A stretch of 5,956 nucleotides of DNA from a virus: IMG/VR virus record IMGVR_UViG_3300020047_001238, positions 1 through 5,956 of that record, one strand, 5' to 3'. Under the pieces are notes generated by a model. That model saw only the letters and a list, made by a program, of their open reading frames with translations. It was not told the origin of the DNA and made no database searches. The translations under genes and the position numbers were made by a program. Every line of letters begins with the position of its first letter. Position 1 is the first letter of the stretch. Positions 4,691-5,956 of the stretch are shown here, piece after piece.

Positions 4691-5956
4691 ATGGCAAAAC
4701 AACCTTACATTTCCCATACCGTGAACGGATATTCGCGGTATGATGTGCCTGAATCTAAGGCATTTACGTGTACGCCCGGCATTCTCTACCCGGTACGTAT
4801 CGATTTTATCAATGCTCGAGACCGTGTGAAGATTGCGCAGGGCATTGATGTTCGTAGTAATCCTCTCTCGGTTCCAACGTTCAATCCGTACACCGTTCGT
4901 CTTCATCGATTTTGGGTGCCTCTTCAGCTATATCACCCTGAAATGCGCGTAAATAGCTCGGAGTTTGACATGAACAATTTGAGCCTGAATTTTTTGCGCA
5001 CCTACGTGAACCATGGCAAGGGCGGTCTTGGTGACGGCGAGGCTTTCTCGAATTCGTTGACGGCATGGCTCCGGATCTCGCAGCGCAATCCTATTGTGGA
5101 TTCGACTCTTGTTTCCGCCGAATTAACCAACGAGTCACTATCAGGTACAGTGTGGGTGACGGCTGACAGCTACCTTGCCTATTGGGATATCGTACGGAAC
5201 TACTATTCATTCAGTCAGTATCCTCTCTATTCGTACGCATGGCCCATGTCGTGGAAAGTCATGTATCCGGCATCCGGTACGGCCTATGATATGACTCCTG
5301 CCGCTTCTCCCCGTTACTTTACACAATGCTACGGTGATCTTTCGTATCTCGACTACTATTACGAGACACAATTCTATCCCGGCTCCGGCGGCTCGACTAA
5401 TGGTACCTATAATAGAATGGGTCTTCTGTATCAGATCATCAATTCTGATACTGACGGCAAGAACAATCCTGATAAAGCCACGATTATCCATCAGGTGCAT
5501 TCAACACCTTTTACGGTTTCCGGTCAAACTGGTAAACAGCCTTCGAGTCAGACGACTACAACGCCTACCGATGGTGTCGTATCCATGGTCGATCTTTTCA
5601 ACGTGGCGCATCCTATGGCCGTAGTTCCGTCTTCTCCCGACCGTCTGTCCCGTATGCTGCCGCCTACCGTTTCTGGCGATTCGGTATCCGTCGGTCCGGC
5701 CTTCACCGTACCCCAGCTGGCGATCGCTAGTAGGCTGCAGGAATATAAGGATCTTCTTGGCGCCGGTGGTTCGCGTTATTCGGATTGGCTGGAGACGTTC
5801 TTCGCCTCACGAATTGATCATGTCGATCGTCCGAAACTCCTCTTTTCGGCTTCGCAAACCGTTAACACTCAGATTGTCATGTCGACCGTTGCAGGTGGAG
5901 GACCTTCGGCCGGTATTTCGTCGTTCCTCGGCCAGCAAGGTGGTTCGATTGCCTTC
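4691..5956 (+). CDS. VP1: Major capsid protein (Microviridae F/VP1 family), N-terminal part. It is open to the window end and continues at position 2 (5836-5956 duplicates 1-121).
   Basis: ATG 4691 lies 2 nt after the Rep stop. I translated the whole stretch and found no in-frame stop through 5956. Hallmarks include ...FTCTPGILYPVRIDF..., ...NPLSVPTFNPYTVRLHRFWVPLQLY... and ...GAGGSRYSDWLETFFASRIDHVDRPKLLF.... It is missing from the ORF track only because it has no stop inside the window. The full gene is 1,809 nt, or 602 aa. Confidence 0.9.
   Translation, partial: MAKQPYISHTVNGYSRYDVPESKAFTCTPGILYPVRIDFINARDRVKIAQGIDVRSNPLSVPTFNPYTVRLHRFWVPLQLYHPEMRVNSSEFDMNNLSLNFLRTYVNHGKGGLGDGEAFSNSLTAWLRISQRNPIVDSTLVSAELTNESLSGTVWVTADSYLAYWDIVRNYYSFSQYPLYSYAWPMSWKVMYPASGTAYDMTPAASPRYFTQCYGDLSYLDYYYETQFYPGSGGSTNGTYNRMGLLYQIINSDTDGKNNPDKATIIHQVHSTPFTVSGQTGKQPSSQTTTTPTDGVVSMVDLFNVAHPMAVVPSSPDRLSRMLPPTVSGDSVSVGPAFTVPQLAIASRLQEYKDLLGAGGSRYSDWLETFFASRIDHVDRPKLLFSASQTVNTQIVMSTVAGGGPSAGISSFLGQQGGSIAF
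5836..5956. repeat. Terminal direct repeat, copy 2 (identical to 1..121). This is a circularisation overlap.
   Basis: Same comparison as for copy 1: 121/121 identical. Confidence 0.97.

Noticed and set aside
1229-5500. All minus-strand ORFs in the track: 1229..1705, 1596..1811, 1850..2080, 1995..2474, 2937..3119, 3368..3598, 3718..4167, 4682..4906, 4881..5066 and 5207..5500.
   Set aside because: Each is antisense to a confidently assigned or well-placed + strand gene, and microviruses express a single strand. Their translations are low-complexity and Arg/Ser/Gly-rich with no recognisable motif. The longest (1229..1705) would have to overlap both the 82-aa ORF and the pilot gene start.
246-5624. 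Same-strand overlapping ORFs 246..536, 760..1023, 1606..1815, 1840..2202, 3686..4063 and 5334..5624 as possible overprinted genes.
   Set aside because: Every one is in the +1 frame of its host gene. T-rich third codon positions deplete stops and inflate hydrophobic and Leu/Arg content in that frame, so these ORFs are expected by composition. None has a distinctive feature. The TAATG overlap of 1606 with the stop of the 82-aa ORF is probably coincidental, because the real pilot ATG follows at 1611.
5720-5727. GCGATCGC (the cyanobacterial HIP1 palindrome), plus several CGATCG sites, as a host signature.
   Set aside because: There is a single full HIP1 copy. The CGATCG enrichment is mild and I could not count it rigorously. 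This is insufficient for any host inference.

Overview
The window is a complete, terminally redundant copy of a small circular ssDNA phage genome of the family Microviridae. Its architecture is non-phiX174, Gokushovirinae/Alpavirinae-like. Positions 1-121 are base-for-base identical to 5836-5956, so the unit length is 5,835 nt, a multiple of 3. The major capsid gene starts at ATG 4691, runs off the end of the window, and finishes in frame at TAA 662-664 (602 codons). All credible genes are on the + strand, in this order: capsid (VP1-like); an acidic 112-aa protein; a 350-nt structured noncoding region; an 82-aa membrane or lipoprotein-like protein; the DNA pilot/minor capsid protein (VP2-like, 417 aa); an acidic 109-aa orphan; a basic 73-aa orphan; and the HUH rolling-circle replication initiator (VP4-like, 352 aa). 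About 10% is noncoding, in three blocks (1008-1357, 2865-2957, 3288-3409) that carry hairpins and palindromes. I see no rRNA, tRNA, CRISPR array, transposase or integrase. The points most worth follow-up are: the lipoprotein-like small ORF upstream of the pilot gene (candidate lysis or exclusion function); the two orphan ORFs between pilot and Rep; the matched GGAGGA/TCCTCC hairpins in two intergenic regions; and the complete absence of Shine-Dalgarno sequences, which hints at a Bacteroidota-type host. Everything here comes from reading and translating the sequence by eye. No database or structure search was run, and family assignments rest on recognised motifs only.
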